DNA of 64,000 nucleotides from Eledone cirrhosa (taxonomy: Eukaryota), in assembly GCA_964016885.1 (NCBI GenBank), contig OZ024745.1:13206001-13270000 (forward strand), given 5' to 3'. The notes under the pieces were generated by a model, which was not told the DNA's origin, searched no databases, and saw only the letters and a program-made list of their open reading frames with translations. Below are positions 1 through 15,000 of the stretch, one piece after another. How positions within the stretch are numbered: the first letter of the stretch is position 1; each line of letters begins with the position of its first letter. The translations under genes were made by a program, and so were the position numbers.

Positions 1-3000
1 CAGACCTGTAGAATACTGACCAATGAAACCAGGCTGTAGCAGACCTGTAGAATACTGACCAATGAAACCAGGCTGTAGCAGACCTGTAGAATACTGACCA
101 ATGAAACAAGGCTATAGCAGACCTGTAGAATACTGACCAATGAAACCAGGCTGTAGCAGACCTGTAGAATACTGACCAATGAAATCCGGCTGTAGCAGAG
201 CTGTAGAATACTGACCAATGAAACCAGGCTGTAGCAGACCTGTAGCATACTGACCAATGAAACCAGGCTGTAGCAGACCTGTAGAATACTGACCAATGAA
301 ATCAGGCTGCAGCAGACCTGTAGAATACTGACCAATGAAACCAGACTGTAGCAGACCTCTAGAATACGGACCAATGTAACCAGGCTGTAGCAGACCTGTA
401 GCCTACTGACCAATGAAACCAGGCTGTAGCAGACCTGTAGAATACTGACCAATGAAACCAGGCTGTAGTAGACCTGTAGAATACTGACCAATGAAACCAG
501 ACTGTAGCAGACCTCTAGAATACTGACCAATGTAACCAGGCTGTAGCAGACCTGTAGAATATTGACCAATGAAACCAGACTGTAGCAGACCTGTAGAATA
601 CTGACCAATGAAACCAGGCTGTAGCAGACCTGTAGAATACTGACCAATGAAACCAGACTGTAGCAAACCTGTAGAATACTGACCAATGAAACCAGGCTGT
701 AGCAGACCTGTAGAATACTGACCAATGAAACCAGGCTGTAGCAGACCTGTAGAATACTGACCAATGAAATCCGGCTGTAGCAGAGCTGTAGAATACTGAC
801 CAATGAAACCAGGCTGTAGCAGACCTGTAGAATACTGACCAATGAAACCAGGCTGTAGCAGACCTGTAGAATACTGACCAATGAAACCAGACTGTAGCAG
901 ACCTCTAGAATACTGACAAATGTAACCAGGCTGTAGCAGACCTGTAGAATATTGACCAATGAAACCAGACTGTAGCAGACCTGTAGAATTCTGACCAATG
1001 AAACCAGGCTGTAGCAGACCTGTAGAATACTGACCAATGAAACCAGGCTATAGCAGACCTGTAGAATACTGACCAATGAAACCAGGCTGTAGCAGACCTG
1101 TAGAATACTGACCAATGAAACCAGGCTGTAGAAGACCTGTAAAATACTGACCAATGAAACCAGACTGTAGCAGACCTGTAGAATACTGACAAATGAAACT
1201 AGGCTGTAGCAGACCTGTAGAATACTGACCAATGAAACCAGACTGTAGCAGACTTGTAGAATACTGACCAATGAAACCAGGCTGTAGCAGACCTGTAGAA
1301 TACTGACCAATGAAACCAGACTGTAGCAGAGCTCTAGAATACTGACCAATGTAACCAGGCTGTAGCAGACCTGTAGAATACTGACCAATGAAACCAGACT
1401 GTAGCAGACCTGTAGAATACTGACCAATGAAACCAGGCTGTAGCAGACCTGTAGAATACTGACCAATGAAACCAGGCTGTAGCAGACCTATAGAATACTG
1501 ACCAATGAAACCAGGCTGTAGCAGACCTGTAGAATACTGACCAATGAAACCAGGCTGTAGCAGACTTGTAGAATACTGACCACTGAAACCAGGCTGTAGC
1601 AGACCTGTAGAATACTGTCCAATGAAACCAGGCTGTAGCAGACCTGTAGAATACTGACCAATGAAACCAGGCTGTAGCAGACCTGTAGAATACTGACCAA
1701 TGAAACCAGGCTGTAGCAGACCTGTAGAATACTGACCAATGAAACCAGGCTGTAGAAGACCTCTAGAATACTGACCAATGTAACCAGGCTGTAGCAGACC
1801 TGTAGAATATTGACCAATGAAACCAGACTGTAGCAGACCTGTAGAATACTGACCAATGAGACCAGGCTGTAGCAGACCTGTAGAATACTGACCAATGAAA
1901 CCAGGTTGTAGCAGACCTGTAGAATACTGACCAATGAAACCAGGCTGTAGCAGACCTGTAGAATACTGACCAATGAAACCAGACTGTAGAAGACCTGTAG
2001 AATACTGACCAATGAAACCAGACTGTAGCAGACCTGTAGAATACTGACAAATGAAACCAGGCTGTAGCAGACCTGTAGAATACTGACCAATGAAACCAGA
2101 CTGTAGCAGACTTGTAGAATACTGACCAATGAAACCAGGCTGTAGCAGACCTGTAGAATACTGACCAATGAAACCAGACTGTAGCAGAGCTCTAGAATAC
2201 TGACCAATGTAACCAGGCTGTAGCAGACCTGTAGAATACTGACCAATGAAACCAGACTGTAGCAGACCTGTAGAATACTGACCAATGAAACCAGGCTGTA
2301 GCAGACCTGTAGAATACTGACCAATGAAACCAGGCTGTAGCAGACCTGTAGAATACTGACCAATGAAACCAGGCTGTAGCAGACTTGTAGAATACTGACC
2401 AATGAAACCAGGCTGTAGCAGACCTGTAGAATACTGTCCAATGAAACCAGGCTGTAGCAGACCTGTAGAATACTGACCAATGAAACCAGGCTGTAGTAGA
2501 CCTGTAGAATACTGACCAATGAAACCAGACTGTAGCAGACCTCTAGAATACTGACCAATGTAACCAGGCTGTAGCAGACCTGTAGAATATTGACCAATGA
2601 AACCAGACTGTAGCAGACCTGTAGAATACTGACCAATGAAACCAGGCTGTAGCAGACCTGTAGAATACTGACCAATGAAACCAGACTGTAGGAAACCTGT
2701 AGAATACTGACCAATGAAACCAGGCTGTAGCAGACCTGTAGAATACTGACCAATGAAACCAGGCTGTCGAAGACCTGTAGAATACTGACCAATGAAACCA
2801 GGCTGTAGCAGACATGTAGAATACTGACCAATGAAACCAGGCTGTAGCAGACCTGTAGAATACTGACCAATGAAACCAGGCTGTAGCAGACCTGTAGAAT
2901 ACTGACCAATGAAACCAGGCTGTAGCAGACCTCTAGAATACTGACCAATGTAACCAGGCTGTAGCAGACCTGTAGAATACTGACCAATGAAACCAGGCTG

Positions 3001-6000
3001 TGGCAGACCTGTAGAATACCGACCAATGAAACCAGGCTGTAGAAGACCTGTAGAATACTGACCAATGAAACCAGGCTGTAGCAGACATGTAGAGTACTGA
3101 CCAATGAAACCAGGCTGTAGCATACCTGTAGAATACTGACCAATGAAACCAGGCTATAGCAGACCTGTAGAATACTGACCAATGAAACCAGGCTGTAGCA
3201 GACCTGTAGAATACTGACCAATGAAACCAGGCTGTAGCGGACCTGTAGAATACTGACCAATGAAACCAGGCTGTAGCAGACCTGTAGAATACTGACCAAT
3301 GAAACCAGGCTGTAGCAGACCTGTAGAATACTGACCAATGAAACCAGACTGTAGCAGACCTCTAGAATACTGACCAATGTAACCAGGCTATAGCAGACCT
3401 GTAGCATACTGACCAATGAAACCAGGCTGTAGCAGACCTGTAGAATACTGACCAATGAAACCAGGCTGTAGTAGACCTGTAGAATACTGACCAATGAAAC
3501 CAGACTGTAGCAGACCTCTAGAATACTGACCAATGTAACCAGGCTGTAGCAGACCTGTAGAATATTGACCAATGAAACCAGACTGTAGCAGACCTGTAGA
3601 ATACTGACCAATGAAACCAGGCTGTAGCAGACCTGTAGAATACTGACCAATGAAACCAGACTGTAGCAAACCTGTAGAATACTGACCAATGAAACCAGGC
3701 TGTAGCAGACCTGTAGAATACTGACCAATGAAACCAGGCTGTCGAAGACCTGTAGGATACTGACCAATGAAACCAGGCTGTAGCAGACATGTAGAATACT
3801 GACCAATGAAACCAGGCTGTAGCAGACCTGTAGAATACTGACCAATGAAACCAGGCTGTAGCAGACCTGTAGAATACTGACCAATGAAACCAGGCTGTAG
3901 CAGACCTCTAGAATACTGACCAATGTAACCAGGCTGTAGCAGACCTGTAGAATACTGACCAATGAAACCAGGCTGTAGCAGACCTGTAGAATACTGACCA
4001 ATGAAACCAGGCTGTAGAAGACCTGTAGAATACTGACCAATGAAACCAGGCTGTAGCAGCCCTGTAGAATACTGACCAATGAAACCAGACTGTAGCAAAC
4101 CTGTAGAATACTGACCAATGAAACCAGGCTGTAGCAGACCTGTAGAATACTGACCAATGAAACCAGGCTGTAGCAGACCTCTAGAATACTGACCAATGAA
4201 ACCAGGCTGTAGCAGACATGTAGAATACTGACCAATGAAACCAGGCTGTAGCAGACCTGTAGAATACTGACCAATGAAACCAGGCTGTAGCAGACCTGTA
4301 GAATACTGACCAATGAAACCAGGCTGTAGCAGACCTGTAGAATACTGACCAATGAAACCAGACTGTAGCAGACCTGTAGAATACTGACAAATGAAACCAG
4401 GCTGTAGCAGACCTGTAGAATACTGACCAATGAAACCAGGCTGTAGCAGACCTGTAGAATACTGACAAATGAAACCAGGCTGTAGCAGACCTGTAGAATA
4501 CTGTCCAATGAAACTAGGCTGTAGCAGACCTGTAGAATACTGACCAATGAAACCAGGCTGTAGCAGACCTGTAGAATACTGACCAATGAAACCAGACTGT
4601 AGCAGAGCTGTAGAATACTGACCAATGAAACCAGGCTGTAGCAGACCTGTAGAATACTGACCAATGAAACCAGGCTGTAGCAGACCTGTAGAATACTGAC
4701 CAATGAAACAGGCTGTAGCAGACCTGTAGAATACTGACCAATGAAACCAGGCTGTAGCAGACGTGTAGAATACTGATGAATGAAACCAGGCTGTAGCAGA
4801 CCTGTAGAATACTGACCAATGAAACCAGGCTGTAGCAGACCTGTAGAATACTGACCAATGAAACCAGGCTGTAGCAGACCTGTAGAATACTAACCAATGA
4901 AACCAGGCTGTAGCAGACCTGTAGAATACTGACCAATGAAACCAGGCTGTAGAAGACCTGTAGAATACTGACCAATGAAACCAGGCTGTAGTAGACCTGT
5001 AGAATACTGACCAATGAAACTAGGCTGTAGTAGACCTGTAGAATACTGACCAATGAAACCAGGCTGTAGCTGACCTGTAGAATACTGACCAATGAAACCA
5101 GACTGTAGCAGACCTGTAGAATACTGACCAATGAAACCAGGCTGTAGCAGACCTCTAGAATACTGACCAATGAAACCAGACTGTAGCAAACCTGTAGAAT
5201 ACTGACCAATGAAACCAGGCTGTAGCAGACCTGTAGAATACTGACCAATGAAACCAGGCTGTAGAAGACTTGTAGAATACTGACCAATGAAACCAGGCTG
5301 TAGCAGACCTGTAGAATACTGACCAATGAAACCAGGCTGTAGCAGACCTGTAGAATACTGACCAATGAAACCAGGCTGTAGCAGACCTGTAGATTACTGA
5401 CCAATGAAACCAGGCTGTAGCAGACCTGTAGAATACTGACAAATGAAACCAGGCTGTAGCAGATCTGTAGAATACTGACCAATGAAACTAGGCTGTAGCA
5501 GACCTGTAGAATACTGACCAATGAAACCAGGCTGTAGCAGACCTGTAGAATACTGACCAATGAAACCAGACTGTAGCAGAGCTGTAGAATACTGACCAAT
5601 GAAACTAGGCTGTAGCAGACCTGTAGAATACTGACCAATGAAACCAGGCTGTAGCAGACCTGTAGAATACTGACCAATGAAACAGGCTGTAGCAGACCTG
5701 TAGAATACTGACCAATGAAACCAGGCTGTAGCAGACGTGTAGAATACTGACGAATGAAACCAGGCTGTAGCAGACCTGTAGAATACTGACCAATGAAACC
5801 AGGCTGTAGCAGACCTGTAGAATACTGACCAATGAAACCAGGCTGTAGCAGACCTGTAGAATACTAACCAATGAAACCAGGCTGTAGCAGACCTGTAGAA
5901 TACTGACCAATGAAACCAGGCTATAGAAGACCTGTAGAATACTGACCAATGAAACCAGGCTGTAGTAGACCTGTAGAATACTGACCAATGAAACCAGGCT

Positions 6001-9000
6001 GTAGTAGACCTGTAGAATACTGACCAATGAAACCAGGCTGTAGCTGACCTGTAGAATACTGACCAATGAAACCAGACTGTAGCAGACCTGTAGAATACTG
6101 ACCAATGAAACCAGGCTGTAGCAGACCTCTAGAATACTGACCAATGAAACCAGACTGTAGCAAACCTGTAGAATACTGACCAATGAAACCAGGCTGTAGC
6201 AGACCTGTAGAATACTGACCAATGAAACCAGGCTGTAGAAGACCTGTAGAATACTGACCAATGAAACTAGGCTGTAGCAGACCTGTAGAATACTGACCAA
6301 TGAAACCAGGCTGTAGCGGACCTGTAGAATACTGACCAATGAAACCAGGCTGTAGCAGACCTGGAGAATACTGACCAATGAAACGAGGCTGTAGCAGACC
6401 TCTAGAATACTGACCAATGAAATCAGACTGTAGCAGTCCTGTAGAATACTGACCAATGAAACCAGACTGTAGCAGACCTCTAGAATACTGACCAATGAAA
6501 CCAGGCTGTAGCAGACTTGTAGAATACTGACCAATGAAACCAGGCTGTAGCAGACCTGTAGAATACTGACCAATGAAACCAGGCTGTAGCAGACCTGTAG
6601 AATACTGACCAATGAAACCAGGCTGTAGCAGACCTGTAGATTACTGACCAATGAAACCAGGCTGTAGCAGACCTGTAGAATACTGACAAATGAAACCAGG
6701 CTGTAGCAGACCTGTAGAATACTGACCAATGAAACTAGGCTGTAGCAGACCTGTAGAATACTGACCAATGAAACCAGGCTGTAGCAGACCTGTAGAATAC
6801 TGACCAATGAAACCAGACTGTAGCAGAGCTGTAGAATACTGACCAATGAAACCAGGCTGTAGCAGACCTGTAGAATACTGACCAATGAAACCAGGCTGTA
6901 GCAGACCTGTAGAATACTGACCAATGAAACAGGCTGTAGCAGACCTGTAGAATACTGACCAATGAAACCAGGCTGTAGCAGACGTGTAGAATACTGACGA
7001 ATGAAACCAGGCTGTAGCAGACCTGTAGAATACTGACCAATGAAACCAGGCTGTAGCAGACCTGTAGAATACTGACCAATGAAACCAGGCTGTAGCAGAC
7101 CTGTAGAATACTAACCAATGAAACCAGGCTGTAGCAGACCTGTAGAATACTGACCAATGAAACCAGGCTGTAGAAGACCTGTAGAATACTGACCAATGAA
7201 ACCAGGCTGTAGTAGACCTGTAGAATACTGACCAATGAAACCAGGCTGTAGTAGACCTGTAGAATACTGACCAATGAAACCAGGCTGTAGCTGACCTGTA
7301 GAATACTGACCAATGAAACCAGACTGTAGCAGACCTGTAGAATACTGACCAATGAAACCAGGCTGTAGCAGACCTCTAGAATACTGACCAATGAAACCAG
7401 ACTGTAGCAAACCTGTAGAATACTGACCAATGAAACCAGGCTGTAGCAGACCTGTAGAATACTGACCAATGAAACCAGGCTGTAGAAGACCTGTAGAATA
7501 CTGACCAATGAAACCAGGCTGTAGCAGACATGTAGAATACTGACCAATGAAACCAGGCTGTAGCATACCTGTAGAATACTGACCAATGAAACCAGGCTAT
7601 AGCAGACCTGTAGAATACTGACCAATGAAACCAGGCTGTAGCAGACCTGTAGAATACTGACCAATGAAACCAGGCTGTAGCGGACCTGTAGAATACTGAC
7701 CAATGAAACCAGGCTGTAGCAGACCTGGAGAATACTGACCAATGAAACGAGGCTGTAGCAGACCTCTAGAATACTGACCAATGAAATCAGACTGTAGCAG
7801 TCCTGTAGAATACTGACCAATGAAACCAGACTGTAGCAGACCTCTAGAATACTGACCAATGAAACCAGGCTGTAGCAGACCTCTAGAATACTGACCAATG
7901 AAACCAGGCTGTAGCAGACCTGTAGAATACTGACCAATGAAACCAGACTGTATCAGACCTCTAGAATACTGACCAATGAAACCAGGCTGTAGCAGACCTC
8001 TAGAATACTGACCAATGAAACCTGGCTGTAGCAGACCTGTAGAATACTGACCAATGAAACCAGGCTGTAGCAGACCTGTATAATACTGACCAATGAAACC
8101 AGGCTGTCGAAGACCTGTAGAATACTGACCAATGAAACCAGGCTGTAGCAGACATGTAGAATACTGACCAATGAAACCAGGCTGTAGCAGACCTGTAGAA
8201 TACTGACCAATGAAACAAGGCTGTAGCAGACCTGTAGAATACTGACCAATGAAACCAGGCTGTAGCAGACCTCTAGAATACTGACCAATGTAACCAGGCT
8301 GTAGCAGACCTGTAGAATACTGACCAATGAAACCAGGCTGTAGCAGACCTGTAGAATACTGACCAATGAAACCAGGCTGTAGAAGACCTGTAGAATACTG
8401 ACCAATGAAACCAGGCTGTAGCAGCCCTGTAGAATACTGACCAATGAAACCAGACTGTAGCAAACCTGTAGAATACTGACCAATGAAACCAGGCTGTAGC
8501 AGACCTGTAGAATACTGACCAATGAAACCAGGCTGTAGCAGACCTGTAGAATACTGACCAATGAAACCAGGCTGTAGCAGACATGTAGAATACTGACCAA
8601 TGAAACCAGGCTGTAGCAGACCTGTAGAATACTGACCAATGAAACCAGGCTGTAGCAGACCTGTAGAATACTGACCAATGAAACCAGGCTGTAGCAGACC
8701 TGTAGAATACTGACCAATGAAACCAGGCTGTAGCAGACCTGTAGAATACTGACCAATGAAACCAGACTGTAGAAGACCTGTAGAATACTGACCAATGAAA
8801 CCAAACTGTAGCAGACCTGTAGAATACTGACAAATGAAACCAGGCTGTAGCAGACCTGTAGAATACTGACCAATGAAACCAGACTGTAGCAGACTTGTAG
8901 AATACTGACCAATGAAACCAGGCTGTAGCAGACCTGTAGAATACTGACCAATGAAACCAGGCTGTAGCAGACCTCTAGAATACTGACCAATGTAACCAGG

Positions 9001-12000
9001 CTGTAGCAGACCTGTAGAATACTGACCAATGAAACCAGACTGTAGCAGACCTGTAGAATACTGAGCAATGAAACCAGGCTGTAGCAGACCTGTAGAATAC
9101 TGAGCAATGAAACCAGGCTGTAGCAGACCTGTAGAATACTTACCAATGAAACCAGGCTGTAGCAGACCTGTAGAATACTGACCAATGAAACCAGGCTGTA
9201 GCAGACTTGTAGAATACTGACCAATGAAACCAGGCTGTAGCAGACCTGTAGAATACTGACCAATGAAACCAGGCTGTAGCAGACCTGTAGAATACTGACC
9301 AATGAAACCAGGCTGTAGCAGACCTGTAGATTACTGACCAATGAAACCAGGCTGTAGCAGACCTGTAGAATACTGACAAATGAAACCAGGCTGTAGCAGA
9401 CCTGTAGAATACTGACCAATGAAACTAGGCTGTAGCAGACCTGTAGAATACTGACCAATGAAACCAGGCTGTAGCAGACCTGTAGAATACTGACCAATGA
9501 AACCAGACTGTAGCAGAGCTGTAGAATACTGACCAATGAAACCAGGCTGTAGCAGACCTGTAGAATACTGACCAATGAAACCAGGCTGTAGCAGACCTGT
9601 AGAATACTGACCAATGAAACAGGCTGTAGCAGACCTGTAGAATACTGACCAATGAAACCAGGCTGTAGCAGACGTGTAGAATACTGACGAATGAAACCAG
9701 GCTGTAGCAGACCTGTAGAATACTGACCAATGAAACCAGGCTGTAGCAGACCTGTAGAATACTGACCAATGAAACCAGGCTGTAGCAGACCTGTAGAATA
9801 CTAAACAATGAAACCAGGCTGTAGCAGACCTGTAGAATACTGACCAATGAAACCAGGCTGTAGAAGACCTGTAGAATACTGACCAATGAAACCAGGCTGT
9901 AGTAGACCTGTAGAATACTGACCAATGAAACCAGGCTGTTGTAGACCTGTAGAATACTGACCAATGAAACCAGGCTGTAGCTGACCTGTAGAATACTGAC
10001 CAATGAAACCAGACTGTAGCAGACCTGTAGAATACTGACCAATGAAACCAGGCTGTAGCAGACCTCTAGAATACTGACCAATGAAACCAGACTGTAGCAA
10101 ACCTGTAGAATACTGACCAATGAAACCAGGCTGTAGCAGACCTGTAGAATACTGACCAATGAAACCAGACTGTAGCAGACCTGTAGAATACTGACCAATG
10201 AAACCAGGCTGTAGCAGACCTGTAGAATACTGACCAATGAAACCAGGCTGTAGCAGACCTGGAGAATACTGACCAATGAAACGAGGCTGTAGCAGACCTC
10301 TAGAATACTGACCAATGAAATCAGACTGTAGCAGTCCTGTAGAATACTGACCAATGAAACCAGACTGTAGCAGACCTCTAGAATACTGACCAATGAAACC
10401 AGGCTGTAGCAGACCTCTAGAATACTGACCAATGAAACCAGGCTGTAGCAGACCTGTAGAATACTGACCAATGAAACCAGACTGTATCAGACCTCTAGAA
10501 TACTGACCAATGAAACCAGGCTGTAGCAGACCTCTAGAATACTGACCAATGAAACCTGGCTGTAGCAGACCTGTAGAATACTGACCAATGAAACCAGGCT
10601 GTAGCAGACCTGTAGAATACTGACCAATGAAACCAGGCTGTAGCAGACCTGTAGAATACTGACCAGTGAAACCAGACTGCAGCAGACATGTAGAATACTG
10701 ACCAATGAAACCAGGCTGTAGCAGACCTGTAGAATACTGACCAATGAAACCAGGCTGTAGCAGACCTGTAGAATACTGACCAATGAAACCAGGCTGTAGC
10801 AGACCTGTAGAATACTGACCAATGAAACCAGACTGTAGCAGACCTGTAGATTACTGACGAATGAAACCAGGCTGTAGCAGACCTGTAGAATACTGACAAA
10901 TGAAACCAGGCTGTAGCAGACCTGTAGAATACTGACCAATGAAACTAGGCTGTAGCAGACCTGTAGAATACTGACCAATGAAACCAGGCTGTAGCAGACC
11001 TGTAGAATACTGACCAATGAAACCAGACTGTAGCAGAGCTGTAGAATACTGACCAATGAAACCAGGCTGTAGCGTACCTGTAGAATACTGACCAATGAAA
11101 CCAGGCTGTAGCAGACTTGTAGAATACTGACCAATGAAACCAGGCTGTAGCAGACCTGTAGAATACTGACCAATGAAACCAGGCTGTAGAAGACCTGTAG
11201 AATACTGACCAATGAAACCAGGCTGTAGCAGACCTGTAGAATACTGACCAATGAAACCAGGCTGTAGCGGACCTGTAGAATACTGACCAATGAAACCAGG
11301 CTGTAGCAGACCTGGAGAATACTGACCAATGAAACGAGGCTGTAGCAGACCTCTAGAATACTGACCAATGAAATCAGACTGAAGCAGTCCTGTAGAATAC
11401 TGACCAATGAAACCAGACTGTAGCAGACCTCTAGAATACTGACCAATGAAACCAGGCTGTAGCAGACCTCTAGAATACTGACCAATGAAACCAGGCTGTA
11501 GCAGACTTGTAGAATACTGACCAATGAAACCAGGCTGTAGCAGACCTGTAGAATACTGACCAATGAAACCAGGCTGTAGCAGACCTGTAGAATACTGACC
11601 AATGAAACCAGACTGTAGCAGACCTGTAGATTACTGACCAATGAAACCAGGCTGTAGCAGACCTTTAGAATACTGACAAATGAAACCAGGCTGTAGCAGA
11701 CCTGTAGAATACTGACCAATGAAACTAGGCTGTAGCAGACCTGTAGAATACTGACCAATGAAACAGGCTGTAGCAGACCTGTAGAATACTGACCAATGAA
11801 ACCAGGCTGTAGCAGACGTGTAGAATACTGACGAATGAAACCAGGCTGTAGCAGACCTGTAGAATACTGACCAATGAAACCAGGCTGTAGCAGACCTGTA
11901 GAATACTGACCAATGAAACCAGGCTGTGGCAGACCTGTAGAATACTAACCAATGAAACCAGGCTGTAGCAGACCTGTAGAATACTGACCAATGAAACCAG

Positions 12001-15000
12001 GCTGTAGAAGACCTGTAGAATACTGACCAATGAAACCAGGCTGTAGTAGACCTGTAGAATACTGACCAATGAAACCAGGCTGTAGTAGACCTGTAGAATA
12101 CTGACCAATGAAACCAGGCTGTAGCTGACCTGTAGAATACTGACCAATGAAACCAGACTGTAGCAGACCTGTAGATTACTGACCAATGAAACCAGGCTGT
12201 AGCAGACCTCTAGAATACTGACCAATGAAACCAGACTGTAGCAAACCTGTAGAATACTGACCAATGAAACCAGGCTGTAGCAGACCTGTAGAATACTGAC
12301 CAATGAAACCAGGCTGTAGAAGACCTGTAGAATACTGACCAATGAAACCAGGCTGTAGCAGACATGTAGAATACTGACCAATGAAACCAGGCTGTAGCAT
12401 ACCTGTAGAATACTGACCAATGAAACCAGGCTATAGCAGACCTGTAGAATACTGACCAATGAAACCAGGCTGTAGCAGACCTGTAGAATACTGACCAATG
12501 AAACCAGGCTGTAGCGGACCTGTAGAATACTGACCAATGAAACCAGGCTGTAGCAGACCTGGAGAATACTGACCAATGAAACGAGGCTGTAGCAGACCTC
12601 TAGAATACTGACCAATGAAATCAGACTGTAGCAGTCCTGTAGAATACTGACCAATGAAACCAGACTGTAGCAGACATCTAGAATACTGACCAATGAAACC
12701 AGGCTGTAGCAGACCTCTAGAATACTGACCAATGAAACCAGACTGTATCAGACCTCTAGAATACTGACCAATGAAACCAGGCTGTAGCAGACCTCTAGAA
12801 TACTGACCAATGAAACCTGGCTGTAGCAGACCTGTAGAATACTGACCAATGAAACCAGGCTGTAGCAGACCTGTAGAATACTGACCAATGAAACCAGGCT
12901 GTCGAAGACCTGTAGAATACTGACCAATGAAACCAGGCTGTAGCAGACATGTAGAATACTGACCAATGAAACCAGGCTGTAGCAGACCTGTAGAATACTG
13001 ACCAATGAAACCAGGCTGTAGCAGACCTGTAGAATACTGACCAATGAAACCAGGCTGTAGCAGACCTCTAGAATACTGACCAATGTAACCAGGCTGTAGC
13101 AGACCTGTAGAATACTGACCAATGAAACCAGGCTGTAGCAGACCTGTAGAATACTGACCAATGAAACCAGGCTGTAGAAGACCTGTAGAATACTGACCAA
13201 TGAAACCAGGCTGTAGCAGCCCTGTAAATACTGACCAATGAAACCAGACTGTAGCAAACCTGTAGAATACTGACCAATGAAACCAGGCTGTAGCAGACCT
13301 GTAGAATACTGACCAATGAAACCAGGCTGTAGCAGACCTGTAGAATACTGACCAATGAAACCAGGCTGTAGCAGACCTGTAGATTACTGACCAATGAAAC
13401 CAGGCTGTAGCAGACCTGTAGAATACTGACAAATGAAACCAGGCTGTAGCAGATCTGTAGAATACTGACCAATGAAACTAGGCTGTAGCAGACCTGTAGA
13501 ATACTGACCAATGAAACCAGGCTGTAGCAGACCTGTAGAATACTGACCAATGAAACCAGACTGTAGCAGAGCTGTAGAATACTGACCAATGAAACCAGGC
13601 TGTAGCAGACCTGTAGAATACTGACCAATGAAACCAGGCTGTAGCAGACCTGTAGAATACTGACCAATGAAACAGGCTGTAGCAGACCTGTAGAATACTG
13701 ACCAATGAAACCAGGCTGTAGCAGACGTGTAGAATACTGACGAATGAAACCAGGCTGTAGCAGACCTGTAGAATACTGACCAATGAAACCAGGCTGTAGC
13801 AGACCTGTAGAATACTGACCAATGAAACCAGGCTGTAGCAGACCTGTAGAATACTAACCAATGAAACCAGGCTGTAGCAGACCTGTAGAATACTGACCAA
13901 TGAAACCAGGCTATAGAAGACCTGTAGAATACTGACCAATGAAACCAGGCTGTAGTAGACCTGTAGAATACTGACCAATGAAACCAGGCTGTAGTAGACC
14001 TGTAGAATACTGACCAATGAAACCAGGCTGTAGCTGACCTGTAGAATACTGACCAATGAAACCAGACTGTAGCAGACCTGTAGAATACTGACCAATGAAA
14101 CCAGGCTGTAGCAGACCTCTAGAATACTGACCAATGAAACCAGACTGTAGCAAACCTGTAGAATACTGACCAATGAAACCAGGCTGTAGCAGACCTGTAG
14201 AATACTGACCAATGAAACCAGGCTGTAGAAGACCTGTAGAATACTGACCAATGAAACTAGGCTGTAGCAGACCTGTAGAATACTGACCAATGAAACCAGG
14301 CTGTAGCGGACCTGTAGAATACTGACCAATGAAACCAGGCTGTAGCAGACCTGGAGAATACTGACCAATGAAACGAGGCTGTAGCAGACCTCTAGAATAC
14401 TGACCAATGAAATCAGACTGTAGCAGTCCTGTAGAATACTGACCAATGAAACCAGACTGTAGCAGACCTCTAGAATACTGACCAATGAAACCAGGCTGTA
14501 GCAGACTTGTAGAATACTGACCAATGAAACCAGGCTGTAGCAGACCTGTAGAATACTGACCAATGAAACCAGGCTGTAGCAGACCTGTAGAATACTGACC
14601 AATGAAACCAGGCTGTAGCAGACCTGTAGATTACTGACCAATGAAACCAGGCTGTAGCAGACCTGTAGAATACTGACAAATGAAACCAGGCTGTAGCAGA
14701 CCTGTAGAATACTGACCAATGAAACTAGGCTGTAGCAGACCTGTAGAATACTGACCAATGAAACCAGGCTGTAGCAGACCTGTAGAATACTGACCAATGA
14801 AACCAGACTGTAGCAGAGCTGTAGAATACTGACCAATGAAACCAGGCTGTAGCAGACCTGTAGAATACTGACCAATGAAACCAGGCTGTAGCAGACCTGT
14901 AGAATACTGACCAATGAAACAGGCTGTAGCAGACCTGTAGAATACTGACCAATGAAACCAGGCTGTAGCAGACGTGTAGAATACTGACGAATGAAACCAG